64,000 bases of DNA, taken from Chiloscyllium plagiosum (Eukaryota). The stretch lies in NCBI RefSeq assembly GCF_004010195.1, contig NC_057720.1:16434478-16498477 (forward strand), read 5' to 3'. Numbering within the stretch: position 1 is the stretch's first letter; every line of letters starts with the position of its first letter. The position numbers were made by a program, and so were the translations under genes. Positions 25,514-37,984 of this stretch are shown here, piece after piece. Below the pieces are notes generated by a model. It was not told the origin of the DNA. It did not search any database and worked only from the letters and a program-made list of their open reading frames with translations.

Positions 25514-26280
25514 AAGGTACTAAATTGGGGGCAGGATGAATTAAGTCAGCATTAGGCAGAAGCTAGGAAGTGTTAATTGGGGGAAGCTGTTATCGGGCAA
25601 GTTGTTTACAAACTTATCGATCAAAGTTCGGAATGTCATGTTCCAGTAAAAAAGGAAGGACAAAGATGGCATGGTGAGGGACTCTTGGATAATAAGGGTG
25701 GTCATGAATTTAGTTAAAGGAAAAAAGCATTCGTAAAGTTTAGAAAGCTAAAGTTGGACAGGGTCCCGGAGGAATATAAAGAAAGCAATAAAGAACTCAA
25801 GCAGGGAATTAGGAGAGCAAGAAGGGCCCATGAAATGACCTTTATAACCCGGGTTCAGATCCCGCCTCGGGCAACGATCTGTGTGGAGTTTGCACATTCT
25901 CCCAGTGTCTGCGCGGGTTTCCTCTGGGTTCTCCGGTTTCCTCCCACGGTCTAAAGATGTGCAGGTTAGGTGAATTGGCCGTGCTAAATTGCCCATAGTG
26001 TTAGGTGAAGGGGTAAATGTAGGGGAAGGGGTCTGGGTAGGTTGCTCTTCGGAGGGTCGGTGCGGACTTGTTGGGCCGAAGGGCCTGTTTCCACACTAAG
26101 TAATCTCATCTAATCTAAAAAAAAGGTTAAAGAGAAACCTAAGGTGCTCTGTACATACATTAAAAACATGATGATAAAGTAGGGAGGAGGTAGGATCACT
26201 CATGAATAAAGGAGGGAACTTGTGCTTGGAGGCAGAGGAGTAAGCAAGATCCTAAAACGAGTACTTTGCACTGGTATTCA
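25514..26280 (+). mobile_element. CR1 ORF2 internal fragment interrupted by a SINE
   Basis: KVLNWG...EEYKESNKELKQGIRRARRAHE...VKEKPK tether-region motifs. Confidence 0.7.
25847..26117 (+). mobile_element. 5'-truncated HE1-type V-SINE
   Basis: cccgggttc B-box, V-domain, taatct tail; CpGs retained, suggesting a young copy. Confidence 0.88.
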
Positions 26281-26282
26281 TT

Positions 26283-27190
26283 CAGGTGAAAGATTATTGT
26301 TTTTTTAATTAACATCTGCTGGTTTTTAAAGGCTTCCCAATCCTCTAGCTTCCCACTAATCTCCACACTGAATGGTTTTCTCTTGGGTTTATGCTGTCCA
26401 TGACTTCTCTGGTCAGCCATGGCTGCCTCATTCTCTCCTTACGATGTTCTTTCTTCCTTGGGATGAATTTCTGCTCTGCCTTCAAAATTATCCCCAGAAA
26501 CACCTGCTATTGCTGCTCCACCATCTTCCTTGCTGGCTCCCCTTCTAATCAACTCTCACCAGGTCCTCACTCAGGTTTTTGTAGTTACCTTTATTCTGTT
26601 GTAATACCGTTACATCTGATTTCAGCTTCTCCCCCTCAAACTGCAGGGTGAATTCTGGTCACTGTCCCCTAGGGATTCCTTTACCTTCAGTGCCCTAATG
26701 ACGTCTACCTCATTACTCATCGCCAAATTCAGAATTGCCTGCTCCCTACTAGGCTCTACCACAAGCTGCTCCAAAAAAGTCTTGTGGGCATTTCACAATT
26801 TTTGTTTTCTTTGAGACCTGCTACCAATCTGATTTTCTTAGTCAATCTGCATATTGAAGCCCTCCCATGATTATTGTAATAGTGCCTTTCTGACCTGCCA
26901 TTTCTATGTCCTGATTTATTTTCTTCTCTACATTCTCACTACTGCTCGGAGGCCTGTACATAACTCCCATCAGGGTCTTTTTTCCTTTGCTGCTCCTCAA
27001 ATCTTACCCACATAGATTCTACACCTTCCAACTCTGTCACTTCTTACTACGGATTTAATTTAATTTCTTACTAACAAGGCAACCCTTCCCCGCGCCTGTC
27101 CTTTCGATAGGACGTGTATCTTTGGTTATTTAGTTCTCAACTCTGATTCCTTTGCAGCCACGTCTTGTTGATACCTACAGCATCATACCA
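26283..27190 (-). mobile_element. CR1 ORF2 endonuclease/tether fragment
   Basis: Antisense SGKLEDWEAFKNQQ, IIMGGFNMQID, EPSREQAILNL-type remnants. Confidence 0.7.
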
Positions 27191-27639
27191 CCCCCATTCG
27201 TATGAATGCAAGACAGAAACTTCCTGTCTCCTTTTAGAAATTTTTAAATGTCATATAATTATAATGACGAGCTCACTGTATGCTATATAGCCACTGATTC
27301 TGGCACTGAGTGGGTGAAGCACAGGCACAGGCCTGAGCTCCATCTCTGTTCAAATAGTCCATTCCTCAAATCCCTGTTCTGATATTGCCATGTTTTAAGA
27401 TCCACCTGTTTAGCCAAGTTTTTGGTTGCTGTGCATCTCATATTCTTTTACCTTGATTTACATGTTTGTCTGATCACATTGTGGAAAGCATCTTTGGATG
27501 CTCTTCATTAAATTTGTAAGTGATTCTGTTATAGGGTTGTTATTGGTGGGGAGGGTAATAATATTGCACTGTTAAATCACAATTTTATGTTCAGCAACTG
27601 TAATAAAGCAGTTTTCCCAATTCAGATCTACACCATGTG

Positions 27640-27900
27640 AATGAACATATAAAACTGGAGTAGAAGTAGACCATTTGGCCCTCCATGCCAATTGCACCAT
27701 TCAATAAGGTCATGACTAATCTATTTGTCTTTCAAATTCTGCATTCCCATCTACTCCAAGTTACTCTTGATTCCCTGCTTAACAAGGATCTAACTACCTC
27801 TACCTTAAAAATATTCAGTGACCATCCTTATACTGCCTTCTGAGACAGTGTTTTAAAGGTCTCTCAACCCTCTGAAGGGGAAAAAAAGTCTGATCTTCTC
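27640..27900 (-). mobile_element. Old CR1 3' end
   Basis: ggagtagaagtagaccatttggccc...caccattcaataaggtcatgac tail. Confidence 0.6.
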
Positions 27901-28119
27901 TACCCTGAAGGTGATATCCAACTTTAAAATGATGAGCAAGACTGAAGAAAAGTGAGTTTGCGTTGTGTTGTAATGAGAAGAATTCTGGCTCTCACTTTCT
28001 GCTGACTCTTCTAATGAGTAAAGTAGTTGGAAGTTGGAATTTAATTGAAGCTGTCATAATTACTAAAGTACTTGAAGGGAAACCATAAAAGATTGATTAA
28101 AGTGGTTGGTGATTTGCTA

Positions 28120-28336
28120 CAGGTCGTTCTACTGTAACGTGCATTTCGTTAACGCTAATTTGTTATAATGTAATTGATGAATTGCAGACGCTGTTTCTAT
28201 AGCGCAAACTTTTAAAACATGTATTGGTTATAACACGATTTTGGCCCCATTAGTTTAAATGGTGCTGCTTTATGCAATTTTCTTATAACATGGGATTGCA
28301 CAAGAACAGAAGTATGCGTTCTAGCAGAACTGACTG
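28120..28336. mobile_element. Tc1/mariner (Tigger/MER6-like) MITE
   Basis: TA|caggtcgttctact ... agcagaactgactg|TA: imperfect TIRs with TA duplication on both sides. Confidence 0.75.
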
Positions 28337-28367
28337 TACTGAGATGTACAGCTGCAGTTTTTTTTAA

Positions 28368-28538
28368 GCAAAAACAGAAATTGCTGGAAGATCTCTGCAG
28401 ATCTGGCAGCAGCGCTGGAGACAAAGCAGAGTTAACGTTTCGGGTTGAATGATCCTTCTTCAGAAGTGTGGTCTTGAGTTCTGAAGAAGGGTTCCTGGAC
28501 CCAAAGTGTTAACTCTGCCTTCTCTCCACAGATGCTGA
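28368..28538. mobile_element. Palindromic Penelope-derived element (two inverted pLTR halves)
   Basis: gcagagttaacgtttcgggttgaatgatccttcttcagaa mirrored by ttctgaagaagggttcctggacccaaagtgttaactctgc. Confidence 0.7.
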
Positions 28539-28539
28539 T

Positions 28540-28950
28540 GGGAAGGTCTTATGAGGAAAGGCTTAGGGACTTGGGTCTGTTCTCACTGGAGATAGGGCAG
28601 CTAAGAGGGGATTTAATAGATGATCAGAGGATTAGAAAGGGTGGACAGTGAGTGACTTTTTCCTCGGATGACGACGTCAGCTTGTACAAAGGGACATAGC
28701 TGCAAACTGAGGGGTGATAGATGTAAGACAGCTGTCAGAGGCAGGTTCTTTACTCAGTGGTAAGGGCGTGGAATGCCCTTCCTGCCAATGTAGTTAACTC
28801 AGTCACATTAGGGGCATTTAACCAGTCTTTGGATAAGTATATGGATGATGATGGGATAGTGTAGGGGGATGGACTTAGATTAGTTCACAGATCAGCGCAA
28901 CATCGAGGACCAAAGGACCTTTTCTGCACTGTATTGTTCTATTTTCTATA
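28540..28950 (+). mobile_element. CR1 LINE 3' end
   Basis: SYEERLRDLGLFSLE..LRGDLI, WNALP, tail ctgtattgttcta. Confidence 0.85.
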
Positions 28951-30528
28951 TGGAGGACAGTGGGATTTGTATGGCGCATGCTGATATGCTATGGCATTTT
29001 GAGATCAAGAAAGTAATAAGCTTGGGTCTCTTGAAGAGCAGTAAGGTGGATAAGTCACCAGGGCCTGATAATATCTACCCCAAATTATTGAGAGGGGCAA
29101 GAAAGGAGATTGCTGGAACCTCGACCAATTTCTTTGTATCCACACTAGCCACTGGAGACGTCTCAGAGGACTGGCAAGTAGCTAATGTTGTTCCTCTGTT
29201 CAAGAGGAGAAATTGGGAATATCCAGGAAACTATAGAGCGGTAAGTCTCACATCAGCGGTTGGGAAGCTGTTGAAGATAATTCTTAAGCAGAGGATTTAC
29301 GCACATTTGACTTTGTGTGGGGTAGGTCAAAACTAACTTGACTGAGTAACTTTCTCACCTCCTTGAAAAAGTTCAATAAGGGTACAGCAGTGGATATTGT
29401 CCACATGGATTTTAGTAAGGCTTTTGACAACGTCCCTCATGGTAGACTCATCCAGAAGATTAAGATGCATGGGATCCATAGTGACTTGGTTGTGTGGATT
29501 CAATATTGGGTAGCCCAATGAAGGCAGAGAGCAGTGGTGCAAGGGTGTTTTTCAGGCTGAATGCCCATGACGAATGGTGCTCTGCAGGGATTCATACTGG
29601 GATCTCTGTTGTTTGCGATAATGGCTAAGATGAAAATGCAGATGGATGGGTTAGTAAGCTTGCCGACGACACAAAGATCAGTGGAGTTGTGGATAGCGTA
29701 GAAGGTTATCCAAAGAATACAGCGTGATAGTGATCAGTTGCAGATATGGATGGAGAAATGACAGATGGCGTTTAATCTGGGCAAGTGTCAGGTGCTGTAC
29801 TTTGGGAGATCAAATGTTAAGGAAAAGTATACACTTAATGGCAAGATCCTGAACAACACTGATATATAGAGGGATCTTGGGGTTCAAGTCCATTGCTCCC
29901 ACGCAAGTAGATTGAATGGTAAAGGTGGTGTATGGCCTTTATTGGTCGATGTGTTGAGTACAAGAGTCAGGATGTCATATAGCATTTTTATAATGCTTTA
30001 ATTAGGCTGCACTTAGGGTACTGTGTTCAATTCTGATTGCCACATTTACAGCAAGTATGTGGAGGCTTTGGAGAGACTACAGAAGAAGTTTACTAGGATG
30101 CTGCTTGGATTAGAGGATATGAGCTATAAGGATAGGCTCGAAAAACTCAGGTTATTTTCTCTGGAGCTGCACAGGCTGAGGGGAAACTTGATAGAAGTCT
30201 ATAAAATGTGATGCATAGATAGGGTTGATGGTCAGAATCATTTTCCCCAGAGTTGAAATCTCTAAAACTAGGGAGGACATTCAAAGGAGATGCAAGAGGC
30301 AAGTTTTTTTTCTGAAATATAGAGTGTGGGTCTGCTGCCAGAGGTGGTGGTGGAGGCAGATATGATAAGTGTGTTTTAGACACTTTTAGATACAGACATG
30401 AATATGCAAAGAATGAAGGGATATGGACCAAGTCCAGGAAGAAGGGATTAGTTGAATTTGGCATTATGTTCAGCACAATATCGTGAGCTAGTAGGGCCCA
30501 TTCCTGTGCTGCACAGTTCTATGTTCTA
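28951..30528 (+). mobile_element. CR1 LINE ORF2 RT pseudogene (5'-truncated)
   Basis: KVDKSPGPDNIYPKLL, DWQVANVVPLFK, PGNYRAVSLTS, MDFSKAFDNVPH, LADDTKI; tail gttctatgttcta. Confidence 0.9.
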
Positions 30529-31089
30529 AATGGAAAGAAAAAGAGGAAGAATACTACTGGAAAAGGTTCAACTCTTTTCTGTACAGTTATTTTTGTTTCA
30601 ATAGTGTTAAACTTGAAATATTGGTCAAAGGAGTTGGGGTTTCAGATGGAAAAATGATTTTCTTTAAAAAAAAGTGTTGGAAATCATAAACACAAGTATG
30701 CTTTAAGTGAAAACAAGCAATGTTACCTGTTGCCCACATGTTCTCTCTTACGCAAGGGGCTGATTTCTCCCCCAGTCACCCCTCTCCTTCACTATCTCTC
30801 TTCGTTCCCCATTGGTCTCTCCTCCCTCCTCCTCACATTTCTTCTTCTCACTTTTACTATGTATCTAAAGCCACTTGACTTGCAGTAGATTGACTTCCAT
30901 CATGACCTCCCTCTTTCCTCCAGATCAATGGCAATGCCAAGATTGAAATGTTCTCCCTTTTATAATGAAAGAGGAAGGTTGTTCAAACTAGGAGAAGGGT
31001 TAGGAAGGGAACAGCTCATTTATGAATATTTTGTTTGAAAAGACAAGCCTCCACAGCAGTCATTAGAAACAGCCCTTCCTCCAATTCCC

Positions 31090-31455
31090 TGATGGGAGAT
31101 CTGATGGAGGTATATAAAAGGGGATTGAAAAGGTGGACATATAGATGCTCTCCTTGTAGGACAGTCTCAAACAAGAGGGCAAAGATATATAGAATGAAGA
31201 GGCAGGTTCAAAACTGAGAAATTATTTCTTTCAGAGGGTTGTGAATCAGTAGAACTCATTGCCCCAGAGTGCAGTGGAGGCAGAATCAACCAACCAACCA
31301 ACAGATTCAAGAAACAAAAATGTTTCTGATGAAAAACTGGATAAAGGGCTATGGGGAGCAGACAGGTAAGTGGAGTTGAGACCAGGATAAGATCAATCAT
31401 GATCACGTTAAATGGTGGAACAGGCCCAAACAGTTGAATTGCCTACTCCCGCTCT
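31090..31455 (+). mobile_element. CR1 LINE 3' end
   Basis: GDLMEVYK, ttctttcagagggttgtgaatc, tail gcctactcc. Confidence 0.7.
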
Positions 31456-32864
31456 AAGTAATTTATTTTTGCTTCCAATTCATCTGTCTATCCCATATTG
31501 TTGCTCCAGCTCTTCCAAACACAGCTTCCCTCCCATGTGCTCCTGCTGCCTCTCCAGAGACAGAATCCACAATTGAAGGTGTTCCTTGGTGGGAGGGAGG
31601 GACATCAGATTAAAAGCTGAAGTATATGCCTGGAAGAGACAGAATGCAAGATTGCAATTGCAACTCCTCAGATTCAGTCTCTTCCATTCTCATAGTTTCT
31701 CCAGCCAGCCAATCAAGGTGGTGGTGAATAAAGGAGAGCTGTTTAATTGTTGTTGGATTCTTGGTTACCTACTAGGTTTTCCTGCTATCAATAAAACATC
31801 CACACTGGCAACTGTTCATCCCAAACCATACAGAAGATACGATATGTCGACCATCTGACCTATCAAGTCTGCTGTGTCGGTGTTATAAGCATAGTTAAAG
31901 TAATATTGCGCAAGGTGAGGGATATGATATTAAGGAGTTAATTTACTCTCTGACCTGCAAGAAAGTTGAATGCCCCATGGGTAGGGTGGTGTGTCTTTGT
32001 CTTGTAGGTGGAAGGTTTACATGCCCATTTCCTTGCCATTTAGGGATGATTTACATTTTCATCCAGAAATCAATAAGAACGTTACAGTTGCAATTTGACG
32101 ACTCCCCTACAGTTACAAAAACAATTTGCCACAGGTTTGACCATTAAGGGATGATGTGCATTACATTGTTTCTGGAGGTGGGGTGGTCACTGCATTGTAT
32201 CGAGTGGCATGTGACTGAGGGGATGGCTGGGGATTGTCTTGTGGGCATTACTAACTGTGACGTAAAGATTTTTGTATAAAGGAAAGACTGTTTCCTTTGT
32301 CCAGAGAGCTTTTGCCATGACACCATAAGCCCTGCGAGGAGTGTTAAAGGTTTCTTCAAAGCTTGTACTGAACTATGCTTAATAAATTTTGCTTGTTCAC
32401 AGAAGTTGGGGCATTTGCAATTGCATCGTGTGTTAAGAATCTCAAGAGTAAAAGAACTTTACAGGGGAGACATACAATTTGAATTTTTCACCCCATCTTC
32501 GCTTCTGTATTGGCTCCCTGTGATATTGGAGCTAACCGTGTCCACCCATCCCCTTGTGTACATTGAACCATGGTCTGCCTGCGGTCACCATTTCACTCAC
32601 TTGCCAATGGGAATGAAAATGTCATGAGACTTTTGCCGACCACAGCAATGCTGAATGTAACTAAGATCATCGTATCCAGTCGTCATTATCATCATGTAAA
32701 CTGAATACACAACCATTGCTGCACCCTATTAAAGAGTCAAACAATCAGAGAGATAACTGGAGCTTAATTGACATATACTGAAGTTTTTACTTATTGTGAC
32801 ACATGTAACAAACATGTACCTCCAAACCCAACATCCACATTCCAGTCTGTTCTTATTTTTTTCA

Positions 32865-33880
32865 AATTAATTCATGGGGTGTGGCCAATGTTGACTGAGA
32901 CAGCATTTATTGTTCTTCCTTAGTTGTTCTTCAGAAAGTGTGGTGAGCTGCCTCTTTGAACCATTTCAGTCCATTTCGAGAAGGTAGACCAACAATGCCA
33001 TGGGGAGGGGTGGGGGGGGGGGGGGGCGGACTTCCAGGATTTTGGCTCAGAGACACAAAAAGGAGAGAGATATTTTTCCAAGTTAAGATGGTGAATGGCT
33101 TTTGTTGGGCAGGGGTGGGGAGAGTCCTGTAAACAGTGGCGTTCCCATTTATCTGTTGCCTTTCTCTATTGGCCTGTCATGGTTTTGGAAGGTCCTGCCT
33201 AAGGAGCCTTGGTAAATTTCTGTATCTTGTAGATGGTACACACTACTGCTACTGAGCAACAATGGAGAACGGACTGAATTTCAACGATGTGGTGCCAATC
33301 AAGTGGGTTTTTCCCCCAAATGGTGGAGCTGCACTCAACCAGGCAAGTTGGGAGTATTCCATCACTCCCCTGACTTGTGCCTTCTACTTGGTGTACATGC
33401 TATGGGGTGTCAAGAGACAAATTATTCTTTGCAGGATTCCTAGCCATTGACCTGCTCTTGTACTCTTGGTATATGGTTGGTCCAGTTGAGTGCCTGATCA
33501 ACGGTAATTCCACGGTGTTGATTCAGTGATGGCAATATAATTGAAAGTCAAGTGATGGTTAGATTGTCTTTTGCTGGAGATGGTCATTGCCTGGCACTTG
33601 TGTGGCATGAATGTTAATTGTCACTTGTCAGTCCAAAATCTGACCAGTATCGAGGTCTTGCTGCTTTTGGGCATTGATTTCTTTGAGTGTTCGTGAATAT
33701 TTTTGAAGATTGTGCAATCATCAGTGAACATCTCCACTTCTGATTTTATGACAGGAAGGAGCAGCTGAAGATGGTTAGACCTTGCTTGGATGGTACCCTT
33801 AGTAACTTCACAGATGGAGATGACTGACCTCCAATAACCACAACCATCTTCATTTGTGCCAGGTATGACTCCAACCTGCA
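32865..33880 (-). mobile_element. CR1/L2-group LINE 3' portion
   Basis: Same family as 2905-3950 and 11750-12638 (cagcatttattg, gtgccaatcaagtggg, cagctgaagatggtt). Confidence 0.8.
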
Positions 33881-35193
33881 GATATTTTCACCTCTGCCAC
33901 ACGTGTGGTGAGAGCTCTGAAAAAAGGTCGCTTGTACTGCTGAACACAGAATTCAAGGCACCTGTTTAATACTTCTCCCCACAACATGCCAACAACACTG
34001 TTATTCCAAAGAAGAAAGAAAGAAATTCCTAAACAAGCAATACTCTCCAAAGAAACTATTTTACTGGCTCCCTATCCAAATTCAACTGAAATCTGGCAGA
34101 CTGGAAATTGATGATTGACCATATCAAATCTATAATATTAGTTCTAAAACCAGAACCTGCAGCAAGCTTTAGGAGTTCTGAATTGAAGGCTAGCAAACAG
34201 ATATGCTGTCACTGCAACCATGCAGAGCCTTATTGTCAACAGTAAGCAGATATACAGCAGCCAGAGATTTGCTGTGTTCTCCCAGGCTCCTGTGCTGGTC
34301 ATAAGCTTCTCTCAGGGGACTGTAGTGTGATTCCCTGTTGTTCCTGCTCTCCAGCTGCTTCCCCTGTGCTTTCCACATGCGTTGCTGCCCCTAGACTTCT
34401 GCTGAGGTTTGACCAACTCTTCCGCCCAAAACTGGCTCACCCAACTTACTAATATCTGCCAAAAGTGTAGGGGGACGGCCTTAGATGAGTTCACAGGTCG
34501 GCACAACATTGAGGGCTGAAGGGCCTGTTCTGCGCTGTATTGTTCTATATTCTAAAACATTATACACTATTATGTTATATTGTAGATGGGGGGAACACAA
34601 TAATTAAAAATCCAATGGAAAAAGGGTACTTTGATAAGAACATTTGGAACATGTAATGTGAAAGTAAAGAAAGTGAACTTACAGAGTGCCTTTCACATCC
34701 ACAGAGCACTTCGCAAATAATAAATTACTTTTGCGTTGCAGTACCTGCTACTTTCCAGGCAAATACAGCCAATTTATGCATTGTAATGTCCCATAAACAA
34801 CGAGATGAATAAATCTGTTTTAGTTTTGGTCTTGATGGATAACTAATTATTCAGTTTTGATCATGATGGCTATTCTAGAATAGTCAACATGAACTAGTAA
34901 AAGATAAATTACCTGATTATTCTATAAGAATTTAAGATAACTGTTTCATTACCCAAATGCAATGCTGCACTGGCATGAACATGGGTCAGACAATCCTAAA
35001 TCTGATAATCAATGTTCACAAATATAGTACCCCACCTCCACCTAGGGATAAAGATTACTCTAGAATGTATAGTTACACAAACATAAGCTATCATATAGTT
35101 ATGGATTTCAGAAAAAAATTAAAATGTACAGTACTAAAACAAATATAGATCTGTGAAGAAAGGGATCATAGGGAAGAACAGGCATCGGATAAG

Positions 35194-35740
35194 ATACAAG
35201 TGGAGTTCCACAGGGATCAGTTCTGGGTCCTCTGCTGTTTGTAATTTTTATTAATGACTTGGAAGAGGGAGTCGAAGAGTGGGTCAGTAAATGTGCAGAC
35301 GATACGAAGATTGGTGGAGTTGTGGATAGTGAGGAGGGCTCTTGTCGGCTGCAAAGGGACTTGGATATGATGCAGAGCTGGGCTGAGGAGTGGCAGATGG
35401 AGTTCAACCCTGCCAAGTGTGAGGTTGTCCAATTTGGAAAGACAAATAAGAATGCGGAATACAGGGTTAACGGTAGACTTTTTCCCCGGGCACAACAGAG
35501 TGTTACAAGGGGACATAAATTTAAGGTGAAGGGTGGAAGGTATAGGGGAGATGTCAGGGGTAGGTTCTTTACCTAGAGGGTGGTGGGGGCATGGAATGTG
35601 CTGCCTGTGGGAGTGGCAGAGTCAGAATCATTGGTGACCTTTCAGCGGCAATTGGATAGGTGCTTAAGCTAGGACAAATGTTCGGCACAACATCGTGGGC
35701 CGAAGGGCCAATTCTGTGCTGTATTGTTCTATGTTCTATG
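35194..35740 (+). mobile_element. Internally deleted young CR1 derivative
   Basis: [22 protein letters not shown]...CADDTKIGG...EYRVNGR fused directly to [16 protein letters not shown]; (gttctat)n tail. Confidence 0.88.
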
Positions 35741-36138
35741 ATAATGAATGGTTTTGTATTAATTGGTATGAATAACGTGCTTTAAACAGTTATGCAACCT
35801 GCACGTTTGATTTTGCACTCACATCAGTGATCATGTTACAAAATAATGTTACTTTTTTTTCAATCCCAAATTATGGATTTGCCAAACATTAAAAAATAGG
35901 TAGCAGACATAATTCAGCACATGGAATTGTGAAGTACTATGGTACAAAATACACATGGAAAAACTATATAGCTCTTAGAAGAGAAAGAAACCACAATTAT
36001 GAGGTACACAAATCACTGCACAGCAAAAACAGTCTTCAAAAACAAATGAAGGAAATTAAGGTTGAATTTGTACAAGAAATTGATTAACTTGGGTTGAAGC
36101 ATTCAAAGCACTTCTGGGTACAAGAATGATAATGGACC

Positions 36139-36638
36139 NNNNNNNNNNNNNNNNNNNNNNNNNNNNNNNNNNNNNNNNNNNNNNNNNNNNNNNNNNNNNN
36201 NNNNNNNNNNNNNNNNNNNNNNNNNNNNNNNNNNNNNNNNNNNNNNNNNNNNNNNNNNNNNNNNNNNNNNNNNNNNNNNNNNNNNNNNNNNNNNNNNNNN
36301 NNNNNNNNNNNNNNNNNNNNNNNNNNNNNNNNNNNNNNNNNNNNNNNNNNNNNNNNNNNNNNNNNNNNNNNNNNNNNNNNNNNNNNNNNNNNNNNNNNNN
36401 NNNNNNNNNNNNNNNNNNNNNNNNNNNNNNNNNNNNNNNNNNNNNNNNNNNNNNNNNNNNNNNNNNNNNNNNNNNNNNNNNNNNNNNNNNNNNNNNNNNN
36501 NNNNNNNNNNNNNNNNNNNNNNNNNNNNNNNNNNNNNNNNNNNNNNNNNNNNNNNNNNNNNNNNNNNNNNNNNNNNNNNNNNNNNNNNNNNNNNNNNNNN
36601 NNNNNNNNNNNNNNNNNNNNNNNNNNNNNNNNNNNNNN
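36139..36638. other. Assembly gap (500 N)
   Basis: Run of exactly 500 N. Confidence 1.
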
Positions 36639-36776
36639 ATGGGTATATGACTAGGAAGAGCTTGGGGGGATATGCACCAGGTGCTGGCAGGTGGGACTAG
36701 ATTGGGTTAGGACATCTGGTCTGCTTGGCCGAGTTGGGCCGAAGGGTCTGTTTCCTTGCTTTACATCTCTATGACT
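36639..36776 (+). mobile_element. CR1 3' tail
   Basis: gagttgggccgaagggtctgtttcc...ctctatgact. Confidence 0.75.
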
Positions 36777-37137
36777 AAAAGATAATGAAAGGATGACTAA
36801 AAGCAGAGGGGAGTCCTAAGGAGATGGAGTGAGAGAGAAAGAAAGAGAAAAGAATACCTCAGAAGGCAGAGAAACTGGTAGGGATATAGAACGCTTGGAA
36901 TATTACAGCAACAAGGAACAGTAATGCCATAAGTGGTTTTGAAAAGAGGGATGAGGATTGAGGTATCAGAGGCATTATAATACTGGAAGCATGAGCAGAA
37001 AGGTTGGAGTTAGGCTAAAGGGATTTAAATAAGCTGACATTTACAGATGCTGCAGAATGGGAGGTTAGCCAAAACACAACTAGAATAATCAAACTGAAAT
37101 CTAACATCACTCAAAAGAATTTTGAAAAAACATCATC

Positions 37138-37470
37138 AACTCATAGGACGTGGACATCGCTGGCTAGGGCAGCATTTATTGCCCATCCCTCATTGCCCTC
37201 AGGGCAGGTGAGAGTCAACCACATTGCTATGGTCTGGAGTCACATGTAGGCCAGACCAGGTAAGAATGGTAGTTTCCTTCCCTAAATGACATTAGTGAAC
37301 CAGATGGATTTTTCCAATAATCGACAATCATTGTTATCATTAGACTCTTAATTCCAGATTTTCTTTCTATTTACCATTGACCATGGCGGAATTAGAACCC
37401 AGATCCCCAGAACATTACCTGTATCTCTGGATTAACAGTCCAGCAATCATACTACTGGGCAATCATTGCC
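37138..37470 (-). mobile_element. Second tRNA-derived SINE family
   Basis: Reverse complement of 22165-22470 (cagcatttattgcccatccct, tttccttccctaaatgacattagtgaacc). Confidence 0.82.
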
Positions 37471-37984
37471 ACATCGGAGAACTCTCTCAAAAATAAATAA
37501 AAAAGGGCAGAGGTAAGGGCAATGAATGGGGATTAGAGTAGACATCTCCAGTTGGAAAACGAGCACTGGAAACATCACGGTGTTGAATCACTCATTCCTG
37601 TATTCAGATCCTAATAGCAATTGAAATTGAAAGGTCACATGATCTTGAGAGTAGGATCAAATGAAATAATGTGATCAAGCAATGGAAATGTCTCAGATAG
37701 AAGTGTCATTAAAAGATAATCTCAACAAAACACTTCTGGTTGAGTTGGGGTGTCAAAAATATTACCATAACAAAATGTCTCCATAATGCTCTGGTTTATT
37801 ACATATAAACCTAGAAATACTAAGTAGCAAATATTGGAAAATCAGTTATCCTTCAGTGACACTCCACTGCACCACCAAACACAGGAACAGAAGTCGGCCA
37901 TTTCACCTCTCAAGTCTGTCCACCATTCCATGCGATCATGGCTGACCTGTGGCCTAACTCCATAAACCTGCCTTTTGCCCATAT

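Noticed and set aside
33002..33030. Poly-G tract as a G-quadruplex element (also 1494-1515)
   Set aside because: Homopolymer expansions inside decayed LINE copies; prone to sequencing error and without other support.
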